Origin: Euprymna scolopes | Lineage: Eukaryota | Strand: one strand, 5' to 3' | Length of the DNA: 64,000 nt | NCBI GenBank assembly: GCA_053919585.1 | Contig: CM132822.1 | In this document: piece by piece, positions 1 through 12,666 of the stretch | Position numbering within the stretch: position 1 is the first letter of the stretch | Layout of the letters: every line of letters starts with the position of its first letter | The notes under the pieces: model-generated | Databases searched by the model: none | Told to the model about the DNA's origin: nothing | The model's input: only the letters and a program-made list of their open reading frames with translations | Made by a program: the position numbers and the translations under genes

Positions 1-12
1 TATTGTCTTATG

Positions 13-424
13 TTATTCTCCGCATTCAAGGGTTTTCCTTAATATTTCAGCCGTTTTCCTTATCATTAGGCGTTGTATTTTTGCAGCTATTCCTCTGATT
101 CCAATTTCTGCCATTCTTTTTTCCAGGCTTTTCGGGATTGTTCCTAGTGATCCTACTATTATCGGTACTATTTTGATTTTCTTCATCATCCAAATCCCTT
201 TTAACTTTCTGGCTAGTTCTGTGTATTTGCTTCGTTTCTCTTTTTCTTTCATAATCACCCTGTGGTCAGTTCGGACAGCAAAGTCTACGATTTGACAGGA
301 TTTCTCTTTCTTGTTAATTATTACGACATCTGGTCTTCTTGCTTGGATGGGTTTGTCCGTCTGTATGTCCATGTCCCATATGATTTTGTGGTTTTCGTTT
401 TCGAGTGCTGTTGCGGATTTATCC
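13..424 (-). mobile_element. 5'-truncated R4/Dong-type non-LTR retrotransposon, C-terminal restriction-like endonuclease (RLE) domain
   Basis: Minus-strand reading LENENHKIIWDMDIQTDKPIQARRPDVVIINKKEKSCQIVDFAV...KEKEKRSKY...VPIIVGSLG matches the WD.xIQTD...RPD...D...EK..KY RLE signature; the 5' junction abuts a (TAA)n tract. Confidence 0.85.

Positions 425-489
<65 letters not shown>
425..489. repeat. (TTA)n/(TAA)n microsatellite
   Basis: Perfect trinucleotide run. Confidence 0.98.
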
Positions 490-1351
490 GCCACGTATTT
501 TTGTTTCACTGTCGTTATGCTGATAGGCGGATCATAACAAATGACCATAGACTTTCAGCATCCTCTTTTACTCAATCTTTCGGCGCTTTCCGCAAGATTC
601 TGGCTTTTCCTAACAAGACAGTTTTCTGAAGTACTCCAGCGTTGAAAATTTCTCAATCCACTTGTCAAATCCTTTTCTCACGTCACATCACTCCAGGGCT
701 TCCATCGCAACACGAACGACTTCTACCTTCTTCAACTTCCACAATCTCCCTTTTTAAGTTTGCCTACTTTTCGATCTTTTCCTTTTTTTTTTCCTCCATA
801 TTTATATCAGTTATTCGTCATCATTAGATTTCTGTGTTGACTTCCGCCCACGGCCTCAATTTTAGGTTATCCATCTTTCATTTAACCCTGGAAACGATTC
901 TATGTTACAGATTTGGGTTATTATGCACTTAGGATGACTCTTGTCAAAATTCACATTAGCTTACTAAATCAATACTTAATATATAATAGATAGATCGAAT
1001 ATTTATATGAGCGTTGTTTTTCATATTATATGAAGTATTCTCAGAATTATGTCATGTAAACATGGAAAACTTAAAAACTATTTATTTGATCAGCTTGAAA
1101 TTTAACATCAATTCGTTATTGTAGGCAGTTCAACACATCAAATTTGGCAAACTTTGGTCAAAATTTCTACCTTAACCAAATTTTCCAACATTATAATTAA
1201 GGGTCAAAGCCAAGGCCCGAGGACCACTCAAGGTCCTCAAAGTTAATGAGTGTCAGGTTAGACAACACCATGATGATCTGTAATGGTGGAAATTTGATAG
1301 AAATTTATTATTAACAGGACAGCTTATCGGTATTTTGTCTCGCAGGCGAGT

Positions 1352-1362
1352 TGTGTGTGTGC

Positions 1363-1436
<74 letters not shown>
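1352..1436. repeat. (GT)n microsatellite
   Basis: Dinucleotide run. Confidence 0.98.
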
Positions 1437-1439
<3 letters not shown>

Positions 1440-2184
1440 AATAACTGTTGTTTGCATAGCAGTATTGCTTCCAACAAATCCTTTATCATAATTCTGGGTT
1501 CGGGCATAGTTTCGAGGACGAAGCCTTATTATCACAATGCCAGAGCGCCCTAACAGTATCTCACGATTATTTGTTGGATTATTTGTTTGGATTGTTGGAT
1601 TTGTTGTTTGGATTGCTATATCGAAGCTGATACAGATATAACCTTGTCTTGTATTTTCTTTATGTACTTTACTTTCTAAAAGATAAAGGCTAAGTTTATA
1701 CAGGAACGTGAAGTTTGAGTTGGTAATAAAACGTCGGCATTCTACTTCGATAGGAAATGGTTTTCCAACTTTTTCTGATACATTGTTCGTGTAGATTTTT
1801 ATACCTTTTCAACCCGACGCTGCCCAATCCAAATTTTATTCAAATGGAACTTAATTCAACGGCGAAAACTGTTTTCAAATTAACGGACGATATTGACGAT
1901 ATGCAAGACTGATTTGTTAACGTTATTTCATTTGGAAATACGATCCAGCGTTCTAAATCGAATGCAACTTGCCAGTCGGTACATCCATCAAATGATGATG
2001 ACTTCCTATTTTACATAGAGATTTTGAACTCTTATTATTAACGAAATAACTTGCTCTATTAGTGAGATTATGAGCTTTACTGGCACAACATATTTTTCGA
2101 TTAGTCATTACTGCTGGTTGGGCATTCTTTACCACTGGATCGCACGAGTCACGCAGCATCTGGAAAAGTCGCGCTTTACCCAAT

Positions 2185-4377
2185 TGTTCTGGGGTACAAA
2201 TCACCCCTATTTGAGAACTAAGTGAAATCAACCAGTCCTATAAATACCACTGGTTTCAGAGACTAAAGGAAGACATTCATGCTATGTTTAACCGCATGCT
2301 ACGAACACTTCCTTTCATACCACTTTAGTGGCTCCTGTATTCTTTATGATAAATACATATGTTACACTACTTTACACTACTTGTGGTTTCTTTCATTTGT
2401 AACCCCTAGCACAGGTCTACAACAACTGGCTGACGAGGACGATTCAAGAACTTCCTGGATCAATCTACAATAATTGCTAAAAACAATTGAATGACGAACA
2501 TTCGGGCAACGAATTCACTCTAAAAATAAAACAGCCATTGGAAGATAGTATTTGACGACCAAAAGGATTCAAGAAAAAAGAACACACGTGTATATTCGAA
2601 ATAATTTTCCTACACTCGGGGGAAATTCGAAACTTCAAAAGTATTTATTTTTCAAAAGTTCGGTGAATAACGGGAAAACTACTTGTCTACGTTGGAAAAA
2701 GACAACATTCGAGCTTAAAAATTCATAAATAAGGGATAAAGAACACTTCGAAAAAAGGACAACAATTCTTGCCGAGATAAGGATTTTACAAAGACGTCGC
2801 CAAAAAACCTTATGTTGCTGTTAAAAAAAGCTACTAAAACGTAAACTACGAGCTGAAAAAGAACTCATAAGACGAATTGCGTGGAGGATTATTATTACTG
2901 AATTTACGAGACCAAGTTTTCAGTAAGTACAAAAAACTTTGTCGTTCTAAAAAGCATGTCTTGCTTATAGGTCTTATGGTTAAAAGGCATTAGCGTTGGA
3001 AAAAGGAAAAAAACTCCAGCAAAAGTAAATGATATATTCTATTTTATTGGCTAAAGCGAGTATCTGCACAAATTAAAAAATCTTTTCAATGGTCGACGCG
3101 ACTGCACGTCGAAGAAAAAAAACGATTTCGCTAAGCACGATAAATAAAGTGTTAACGAGGAAAGGATATTCTTATTCGCACAGAGATCATAAAGAATAGC
3201 CAATATTAAATAAATGCTATAAACTCTCTCCCATAGAAAAGTAACTAATTCTTTTTAAGAAAAAAAGAAGAGAAAAAGGTGTAGGATCAACAAGGAATTG
3301 AACCCAGTACCTAAACGTTACGAAAATTGAAAAATGACAAACGAAATCTACTGCTTTCTGTATAAATGCAAACACCGAATTATTTTCTCAGAAGAATTGC
3401 CACACGAGGAAATAAATATGTGAAACAATATTCGTTAAATAACCAGGTACGAATTTTGTAAAGATTTTTTTTCAATAGAGTTGGTACTATAGGAAAAGTA
3501 AATCAACGAATTGGGTTGTTTTGTCATGGTAAGTAATTCCATACCGTTAAAAAAATCAAAATGGACGATTTTGCAAAACAAGTTTATGAAATGGTGAAAT
3601 TCTAACAAAGTCAACAATTAGAACTTGAGAAAAGGTTTCGAAAAGAGCAATTGGCAATACAGAAACAAAAGGAAGAGAAACAATTGGCAATACAGAAACA
3701 AAACGAAGAGAAACAGTTAAATTTAATAAAATATATCGAAGAAAAACGAGGAAGAGAAAAGAAAGAAATGAACGAACAAATATTGGAAAAGCAGTTAGAT
3801 TTAATTAAATTTTTCAAGGAAAAACAAGAAAGAGATAGGAACGGTCCATAAAAAGGATCGGGCGGATGGTTTACATTATCGAAGGTCCAAGATTTACGCA
3901 TAAGAAACATTTAAATCAAATTCGGAAACGGAGAACAGATGACGAAAGACAACCTCCTGCTGAACAAGAAAAAGTAATGGACCAAATATATGACACGTTC
4001 GACTTGGTAACACCACAAGCAGCGGACAACGCGGGTCCTCCAGGAAAAGGAAAATGACCGACCCGACAGAGATCAACCCCAAGAAAAAGAGCTATACGAT
4101 CATCCCAGGGGAATGAAAAGCTCGGGAGGGGGTGTTGTGGGGTACTAATCATCCCTATTTGAGAACTAAGTGGAATCAACCAGTCCTATGAATACCACTG
4201 GTTTCAGAGACTAAAGGAAAACATTCATACCATGTTTAACCGCATGCTACAAACACGTTCCTCTCATACCACGTTAGTAGTTCCTGTATTCTATATGATA
4301 AATACATATTATATTTTATACAATTTGCACTACTTGTGGTTTCTTTCATTTGAAACCCCTAGTACGGGTCTACAACA
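2185..4377 (+). mobile_element. Internally deleted (non-autonomous) Gypsy/Mag-type LTR retrotransposon
   Basis: Direct repeats 2185-2424 and 4133-4377 (TGTT...AACA); 5-bp TSD CCAAT at 2180-2184 and 4378-4382; PBS-like TGGCTGACGAGGA at 2427; PPT GGGAGGGGG at 4124-4132; coiled-coil gag-like stub (~3600-3850) and integrase C-terminal-like stub (RIGRMVYIIEG...KKHLNQIRKR, ~3853-3935); no RT/RNase H. Confidence 0.9.
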
Positions 4378-4387
4378 CCAATGTATA

Positions 4388-4905
4388 TGTTATATTGTTG
4401 CTCTATAATAAAGGGTTGAGTGTTTGTTGCGTCATCTCTAATAATGGATTAGAAGAGATGACGTGTTATATTATATATTTATGTTGTATCATAAAGGGAA
4501 TCGTGTGTGAGTGACATGTATTTTCAGAACCTACCTCTGCTTCTTCGATGTTGGACCATCTGGAATTTCTCGTCCTGGAGGGAGACTTCATACCTGTTTT
4601 TGGATGAAGATTCAATCACTCCAAGACAAGGAATTAGTTCTATAGTTTATTTCACTTTTACCAGAGGTCCTGCAGAAGGTGGAAAGTGAAATCGGCCTGT
4701 GTGGGTTCTTCTTTTACACACGTCAGCGTTCGTCCCCCCCCCCAGTGAAGAGGAGGAGACAACGGGAAGCCGTCCGTTGTCTTCTGAGTCCAAATCAAAT
4801 CTCAACGATTCAGCTAACCTGATCAAATGACTCACACGCAATCAAATCAGCTGATCTTTTACTTCCGGCCAACGTGTCTACACTATAACTCACCTCTTCC
4901 CCTCC

Positions 4906-4959
<54 letters not shown>

Positions 4960-4968
4960 TTCTTAACA
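4388..4968. mobile_element. Solo LTR carrying a terminal (CT)n tract (copy 1)
   Basis: Begins TGTTA, ends TAACA, flanked by 4-bp TSD TATA (4384-4387 / 4969-4972); homologous to 52250-52887. Confidence 0.8.
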
Positions 4969-5149
4969 TATATTCCTCAACAAGTGACGATGTTGAAAAC
5001 TTTAACTTCGTTAATGAACTTATAGTGCCATGTTTGTCAAGGAAATAATCACGCATAATCACTTTTACACAAACTTGCTGATCAGGGTTCTATTGTCTCA
5101 ATGTTTGTAACTGAGATCTCATAAGTCTGCATTTGTCACTATAACTTGG

Positions 5150-6207
5150 GAATTAATCCAAAGTAAAGCACCATAACTTGTCTTTGTTTAGGAGGTACTA
5201 CTTATGGATTGAGTGTAATCCATCTTTTAGCAAATAAACAAATTAGGTCCTGCCAACGATGTCGATCAGTTAGAGGTATATAATAAGAGGGACCAAGGCT
5301 CTTGACGCTTTTGTCGCGGTTGTCGGGATTTTGTTCCCATCGAACTAGGAATCTCGTTTATTTGATGTATCCTTTAATTATAGATAAACTGAAACATTTT
5401 GATAGCGTTATTTTCATTGTAGCCCATTTGAAGAGTTTCTGTAGGTTGGTAAGCATTTGTTTAATGCGTGATTTGGATTCTATAACTAAGGTTATATCAT
5501 CCATAAACGCCTTCATAAAAAGGATATTTTCTTATTGGTGTTGTTTTGGCATTACGCAATATCGTCTCCATGACCAATAAAAACAGTAGTAGAGAGATAA
5601 CACAGCCCATCATAACTTTTGTCAGTTGACTATTATTAGAAAATCTCAAATATGTACATTTGAAATTCATTAATATGAAATTTCTCATATCTTTCGGAAT
5701 CTAAAAAAAATTCATTGCTTTCTCAAGTAGTAGTGTCTTACTGAGCCATACACGTGAAGTTCGACCATTTATTATTTTAGCTGTTTTAATTCGGCTCCAT
5801 AACATAGAGCTATGTTCGATACAGCCTGCGAAGCAAAGAATTCCAGCCTTGACATAGCCATTGTCTAGCACAAAATTTAACATCCTTTTAGCAATAACAC
5901 CGAACACATCTATGTTGAGTAAGGAAATTGGCCGAAATGGGTGAAAGGTTTTGGAGATTTTTTCCTTTGATATGTGGGTTCCATCTGCCGATTCCCAATT
6001 CTCCGCGACGAACGTCTTTATGTATGCTACCCGTAAAACCCTCCAGAAAATTGTTAATAATATAAGGCATCTTTTATAAAGCTTATATGAAATATGTTTT
6101 TTTTCCGGTGAACTATTTGCTCTCGCTTTCCTGACATTTTTCTTTAGTTCATTCAATCTCAAAGGTGAATTATCGAAATTTACTCCCGATGAATGTGGAC
6201 TGTTTTC

Positions 6208-6210
<3 letters not shown>
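5150..6210 (-). mobile_element. Degenerate RT fragment of an RLE-type non-LTR element (HERO-like)
   Basis: VRKARANSSP...YKLYKRC...FRPISLLN...AKRM..F...NGYV..AGI....GCIEH, then MMGCVISLLLFLLVME (RT motif B equivalent); frameshifted; left boundary approximate. Confidence 0.7.

Positions 6211-6254
<44 letters not shown>
6211..6254. repeat. (TA)n microsatellite at the RTE 3' end
   Basis: Dinucleotide run. Confidence 0.95.
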
Positions 6255-6258
<4 letters not shown>

Positions 6259-8280
6259 GCTGCATCTTTCCAGATGATCGCCGTCACATTGAGTTCTTCC
6301 AATCTTGTCGGCCATGCCATCTCAGATGACTCTGCACTCCCGCCGTAGATTTGCAAATCTTGAAGCAGATGTGACATACAAATTGAGCAATTTCCACTGA
6401 GTTGACTTCCTCTGGAGGTTGAAGGGTACTCATATGAACAATCACATGTCTTCTCAAACCAGCAGTAGACTTGTAAAATTTGCTGCATGTTAAACAGATC
6501 GTTTGGTTCGGACTAATAGGTGCAAAGTTGACATGAACAGGAGTTTTGTGCGACTTAAGGTGGTTGACGTAGCCAGCTTTTGACAAAAGCACTCATTCAC
6601 AAGTGTCGCATTTCCAGCTCTGTGTGTCAATTACACTTTAGACCGTCAATTACACCTTTGCGAAGCTTTCGCTTCAGATTGCCGTGAGCCTGCTTTCTTT
6701 TCTCTAGAGCATCACAACTTTCACGTACAAGCTTTCGCCACTTCGGCCTTTGCAGAATAAGTTCTTCCCATGTGTCGATGTCGATTTGTAAGACTTTCAA
6801 ATTATTCTTTGTAGAGTGCCTGAACCTTTTCCTACGCTTGTGTTGAGGGCGCTTGCCATTTTCCAGCTCCCCGTAAAAAATTTGTTTTGGAAGCCTACAA
6901 TCTTTCATTCGAACCAGGTCGCCCACCCAATATGAAATCTGATTAAAAGGATCTCAACACTAGAGCAACATGCTCTCACAAGGACTTCAGTATTGCGTAC
7001 TTGTGCTTGCCACTTGATGCTTAAGATATGCCTCAAGCATTTTTGGTTAAATCGCTCAAACCATTTAATATGCCTTTGATGCAATGTCCATGTCTCCGAT
7101 GAATACAACAGTGTGGTTAGAACACAGATCTTGTAAACGCAGATCTTAGTCTTGTCTGTGATGCCACGATCAGACCGCACTCTCTTGTCCAACCTTCCAA
7201 AAGCTACAGATGCCTTCTGAATTCGTTCGCGGATTTCAGTGTCGAGACAGCCATCCCTCGACAGAACTACCAAGGTACACAAATGAATCAACTACTCCCA
7301 GTCTAGCACCACAGACCATGATGTTCGGTTCCACGTATGGCTGGCCTGGTGCAGGAGTGAATATCACTTTTGTTTTAGACAGACTGATCCTACAAAGCTA
7401 TCCATTATATGCTGCATATCAGTCTCAGTGTGCGACAAAAAACAACATCGTCTGCATACAATAACTCCTTGACCAAAATATGATGCAGCTTGGTTCTGGC
7501 ATTAAATCTTCTAAGATTAAAAATGCGACCTTTGGTTTGAAACTTTAACATGACACTCTTATCGCAATCCCGAAACGCATAAGCAAGTAGAGCAGCAACA
7601 TATATAGAGAAAAGAGTAGGGACATGAATATCACCTTGTTTGACAGCATTGTCAACTGGGATTTAATCAGACAATTTTCGGTTAAGCGGCACTCGAGCTT
7701 TCATGTCCCTGTGCTGTTCCTTGAATATTCTAAAACAGGTTGGAGGACACCCTACTTTTTCTAAGATTAACCAGAGAGCATCCTTGTTGACGGTGTCAAA
7801 TGCTTTGATTAGATCCACAAACACTTGATTCAGCGGTGTCTGTTGTTCAATGCATTTCGCCTGGACTTTCTGGGCTGAAAAACTCATATCCATAGTTCCT
7901 CTGCCAAACCTAAAGCCACTTTATGACTCTGAAATAGCATTAGGACAAACATTCTCCAGTAACCTGCTTAATAGAAGTCGTGCGAAAACTTTCCCAACAG
8001 CTTCCAAAAGCAAAATCCCGCGGTAGTGGTTACAAACATTCTTCTGTCCCTTTCCTTTAAAAAGGGTCACTAAGACACCATCAATCCATGCCTGTGGAAC
8101 AGGAGCACCTTCCTAGATTTCCTCAACAAAACCAAGGATAGCATTAGCAATATTCACACCTCCAATCTTAAGAAGTTTCACCGGAACACCATCCAAACCA
8201 AGTGCCTTGTCACTGCTGACTTGTGCGATTGCCAACTGCATATCAACCAGACTAGGCAAACGATCCATTCTGAAAATGAT
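6255..8280 (-). mobile_element. 5'-truncated, frameshifted RTE-clade LINE (RT plus three C-terminal C2H2 zinc fingers)
   Basis: KALGLDGVP; FVDLIKAFDTVN..ALW.IL...GCP; RIQKASVAFGRL; LTTLLYSSETWT; RLPKQIFYGEL..GKR; fingers CDTC..HLKSH, CLTC..HVIVH, CHIC..HLRWH. Confidence 0.9.
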
Positions 8281-8369
8281 ATCACATATACATATGCTAG
8301 CAGAGCCCGCTAACTGGCATTGTCCGGTGGAAGCATGCCCTCTCCTCTCGTAGAAAAATTGAAAGTATG

Positions 8370-9145
8370 GTTGTTGTTGTTGTTGTTGTCCAACAATCAA
8401 CCTCCTCATGTTAAGAAAGGTTTTTGGAATAGACACCCCCCAACCTCCTCGTGTTAAGAACGGCTCTCCGAATGGTCACCGACAACATTCTTATGTTAAT
8501 AACGGCTTTTCGGATGGTCACCGGCAACATTTCCATGTTAAGAACGGTTTTCGGAATGGTCACCGGCAACATTCTCACGTTAAGAAGGGCTTTCAAAATA
8601 GTGTGGGTGACTGTCAAAATAGATGCCACAAATTTAAATCTTGATAGTCGCTGTCAAATCCCCACGCAAAAACCAACAAAGAAGTTAGAGGGTGGTAGTG
8701 TCGGTCGGATATAATTAGATTTGATCCTCACCCGTGCGTACTAATCTGGCGGACAGTGATATAAAGTGCATAATACAGGCTTTATATGGAGAAAACTACT
8801 TGTATACGGCAAATATAAAGCAGATGTTCTTAATCAGGAGAGCGGGAAATTTTAAAAGTCGTCATTTTAAAGGAAAGTATGTAGGTGGAGCTAAGGTAAA
8901 AATTTCCCAACCAAAAAAATGTTTTATAATCAATCACCCCTCCTCCCCTTGTAAAAACAGTAAAGAACTGTTGCTGTTGTTATTGTTGTTGTTGTTGCTG
9001 CTGCCGCCCAACCCCCACGTTTCTCATGGTAAGAACGGCTTTCGGAACGGACACCTCCAATCTCTTTATGTTAAGAACAGCTTTCAGAACACACCCCTAA
9101 ACCTCCTCTGGTCACCCGCAACATTCCCATATTAAGAACGGCTCT
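8370..9145. repeat. Two blocks of a ~40-bp minisatellite, each preceded by (TTG)n
   Basis: Unit approx. ATGTTAAGAACGGCTTTCGGAATGGTCACCGGCAACATTCYC; ~5 copies at 8408-8600 and ~3 at 9025-9145. Confidence 0.75.
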
Positions 9146-10001
9146 TATTTAAAAAAAAAAAAAAAACTCGTCTTGTTAAGATTCGTTTTTATAATCTAAA
9201 ACGCTCACGACGCTAAAACCAACGAACGAACAGTATTTTCAGTCGATGACAACATTTAAGGAAGAATATTCAGCAACTTATTTCTAAAGCTTTATTACGA
9301 ATTACTTTTATTACGAATACTTTTGGGTAAGGAAAAAGTAAATGTTATGGCAATGTAATGTAAATATTCGTCGCTAACCTCTCGGAAATGCAACGATAAG
9401 GAAGTATATTTTTTCCAACTATGCGAGACGATATTGTGTGTGTAGCTAAATGTGGGGGCGTAACTATGAAAAGTTATGATTATGAGAGTTCTACAATATT
9501 TTCATTTGGTTTAATATTCAGAAAATGTTGATTCGTGTAGAGATAGAGGCCATATTGGAGAATATGCGAAGTGTTCGTTTTTGTGTAATCCAGAATAAAA
9601 AATTTTTACGTTTTCAGCCAATGAGAATATCCGGAATGCAAGTGGGAAGAAATCATTATTTTCGAAGAGAGAAGTGTAAAGGTAGTTGTATGTCTGTCAG
9701 TGTATGATGCAGTTAATAAAGGTGTCATGGAAATTTATTTATATTGAGTATATTTTACCCGGTCTTCACCGAAGTGGTGGGAGTACTTGTGGGGTAGAGG
9801 GAAAAATACGAACAACTTCGTCTAAATATTTTGTCGGTCGTGATGATGGCTCTCGTAGGATGTAATGTAAGAGTTTAATATAACGAATAACTGTGTCTGT
9901 AATGGCGTGCGAGAGTTACATAAGATGTGTAACAGTTTAGACATAAAAGAAATTGTATATGGCATCTGTTAGTGCAAACCTACGGTAATTTAGTCCAGAG
10001 T

Positions 10002-10193
10002 NNNNNNNNNNNNNNNNNNNNNNNNNNNNNNNNNNNNNNNNNNNNNNNNNNNNNNNNNNNNNNNNNNNNNNNNNNNNNNNNNNNNNNNNNNNNNNNNNNN
10101 NNNNNNNNNNNNNNNNNNNNNNNNNNNNNNNNNNNNNNNNNNNNNNNNNNNNNNNNNNNNNNNNNNNNNNNNNNNNNNNNNNNNNNNNNNNNN
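10002..10193. other. Assembly gap
   Basis: Run of N. Confidence 1.
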
Positions 10194-11040
10194 CCGCATA
10201 TTTATCCATATGACAGATCCTCTTTAGATTTTTGCGTGTCACCCCTTGAGAAGATATCGGTCATGTTTATTTAACCTTACTCCATAATATCTATATACGA
10301 AGCAAACCGAAAGGGACAATGGCCCATCGTTCTATAACGATTACGCTTCAATATAATCCTCTTCAGTTTTCTATTCTCCCTCCATTCTTTGCCCACTCAC
10401 AAACACACGACCCTCTTTGTCATCTCGGTTCTTCTTATTTTTCTTCTCCACCAGAGCTTCCCCCCCCCGCTCGATTTTCAGCCTTCAAGTTTTCTATCAA
10501 TCAAATTCTTTCTGAATCACTTGTTTTCAGTTCAGCCATGAAAGACGATTTCGTGCCAAAACGGACAGCGTATTTGATTGGCGCATCTTCTCTCACGCTG
10601 TCATGCGCATGTGTAAAAAAGGGAAAATAAATTGAAATAAAAAATATGGTGGGAAGTCATTGGACCCCCGCTCTGTCGTTTTCGCTTTTCTTTTCTCGGA
10701 ATTGTTATTTCAAATCTTAGCGTCCATATACTTATTCTTATTTTTTGTTTGGTTTTAACTATTTTGTATTTTTGTTTTATGTCTATTCATATAAATTAAG
10801 TATGTATATATCTGTGTGTGTGTGTTTATATGTTTATGTATATATGTTTGTGTATGTATGTTTATGTGTATATATATATATATATATATTGTGTATATTT
10901 AGGCAGCATATTCTCCTTTAAGCATATGTTGTTAAACAGCACAGCATTTTCTTGTTTGACAATTTTCCGTTTTATTTTTTCCAGTTTTCGAATAATCCTT
11001 CTTGTGTTATATGTAAAATGGTGTAAAAGTGTTCCGTAGT

Positions 11041-11079
11041 CTGCGAGCGCTTTCGGCGTTTCCGCCATCGTCAGGCTGG
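11041..11079 (-). ncRNA. Minimal type I hammerhead ribozyme in PLE pseudo-LTR (copy 1)
   Basis: GC-CUGACGA-U-GGCG(GAAA)CGCC-GAAA-GCGC-UC-GC; intact core, GNRA-capped stem II, palindromic stem III. Confidence 0.75.
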
Positions 11080-12666
11080 TTATATAAAAAGTCGTTTTAA
11101 AATTACGTCGAATGATAAGGTCGTGTTTTAAAATTACATCGTACTATAAGATCGTTTTTGGCTTATGTGGGCTATTTATATACAAATTTATTTGACAGTT
11201 TTTTTTGTTTTTGTTTTTTTATATATATATACATTAACAGAGGCATTTAAAAATATTTTTGCTGGATTCATAATTTATATTGTTTATTTTGGGTTGTCTC
11301 ACTTTTATATACAATGCCTCCAACACCTTCAGTCTCCTAACGTTAGAGTCTGTTTGTAAAATTTTGGTATTTTCTACCATGATGTTTCTAAATTGAGAAT
11401 GCTGGCAGCCATGTTTTTTTAAATGTTGCGCGATAGAGCTAGTATCGGAAAGATGAAGCGTTAGTCTACGGGACAACGTGTTGGTAATATGACCAATGTA
11501 AGAGGAACAGTTAGAGATACACTCTCCTATTGGGCAATTAAATTGATAAATTACATTGTTCTTTTCCAACACTTTGTCCGCTTGCGAAATATTGTTATTA
11601 ATTACGAGATTAGTCGTTTTCCGTTTTTTATAATTGATAATGAACTTCAACCCTCTACCGCTGCTGGGAGATACGTATCGTCGAATTATGTCTTTTAAGA
11701 CCCTTTCGTCTATGTGATAGTTTTTATGTAACTGGTTACAGTAAAATATATTTATGGGTGACGGATTATTATCCCTTTCCCTACCAGCAGCATGCCTTAA
11801 ATTGTTAATAAACAATTTAATTTCTTTATCCACTAGAAAGTTTGGAAAATGATTATTTATCAGTACCTGTTTTATGTTTCTTAATTCACTGTAGAATATT
11901 GTTTTTGGCCCGTTGGATAAGGTTTTTTATTATTGCTACCTTATAACGAAATGGGCATTCACTTCTATAATTTAGGATACATGAATTAAGAGATGTGGGC
12001 TTTTTAAACACTGAAGTAATAAATTCATCATTGTTGGAATCAATATAGACGTCTAAAAATGGTATCTTGTTATTTATGTTGAGCTCATAAGTAAAGTTAA
12101 GGACGGAACTAGTTTGAAATGTACATCTTAAATCCTCTATCTCTTTGATATTATCGGCAAGTATATGCATCATCAACGTATCTAACATAAATGTAAGGCT
12201 TTTTTGTAGAGTTGAATATTTTATTTTCCAGGTTGGCCTGTTCCTCTTACATTGGTCATACTACCAACACGTTGTCCCGTAGACTAACGCTTCATCTTTC
12301 CGATACTAGCTCTATCGCGCAACATTTAAAAAAACATGGCTGCCAGCATTCTCAATTTAGAAACATCATGGTAGAAAATACCAAAATTTTACAAACAGAC
12401 TCTAATGTTAGGAGACTGAAGGTGTTGGAGGCATTGTATATAAAAGTGAGACAACCCAAAATAAAAAATATAAATTATGAATCCAGCAAAAATATTTTTA
12501 AATGCCTCTGTTAATGTATATATATATTAAAAAAAAATTTAAAAAAACTGTCAAATAAATTTGTATATAAATAGCCCACATAAGCCAAAAACGATCTTAT
12601 AGTACGATGTAATTTTAAAACACGACCTTATCATTCGACGTAATTTTAAAACGACTTTTTATATAA

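Noticed and set aside
262-1553. Poly-I/L/Y and HT/CV repeat ORFs (and similar YI ORFs elsewhere)
   Set aside because: Microsatellite translations.
5701-6315. 204-aa ORF as a single gene
   Set aside because: Chimeric read-through of the RTE 3' end, (TA)n and a decayed HERO-like RT.
9937-10274. ORFs spanning N runs (also 23502-23916 and 63324-63698)
   Set aside because: Artefacts of assembly gaps.
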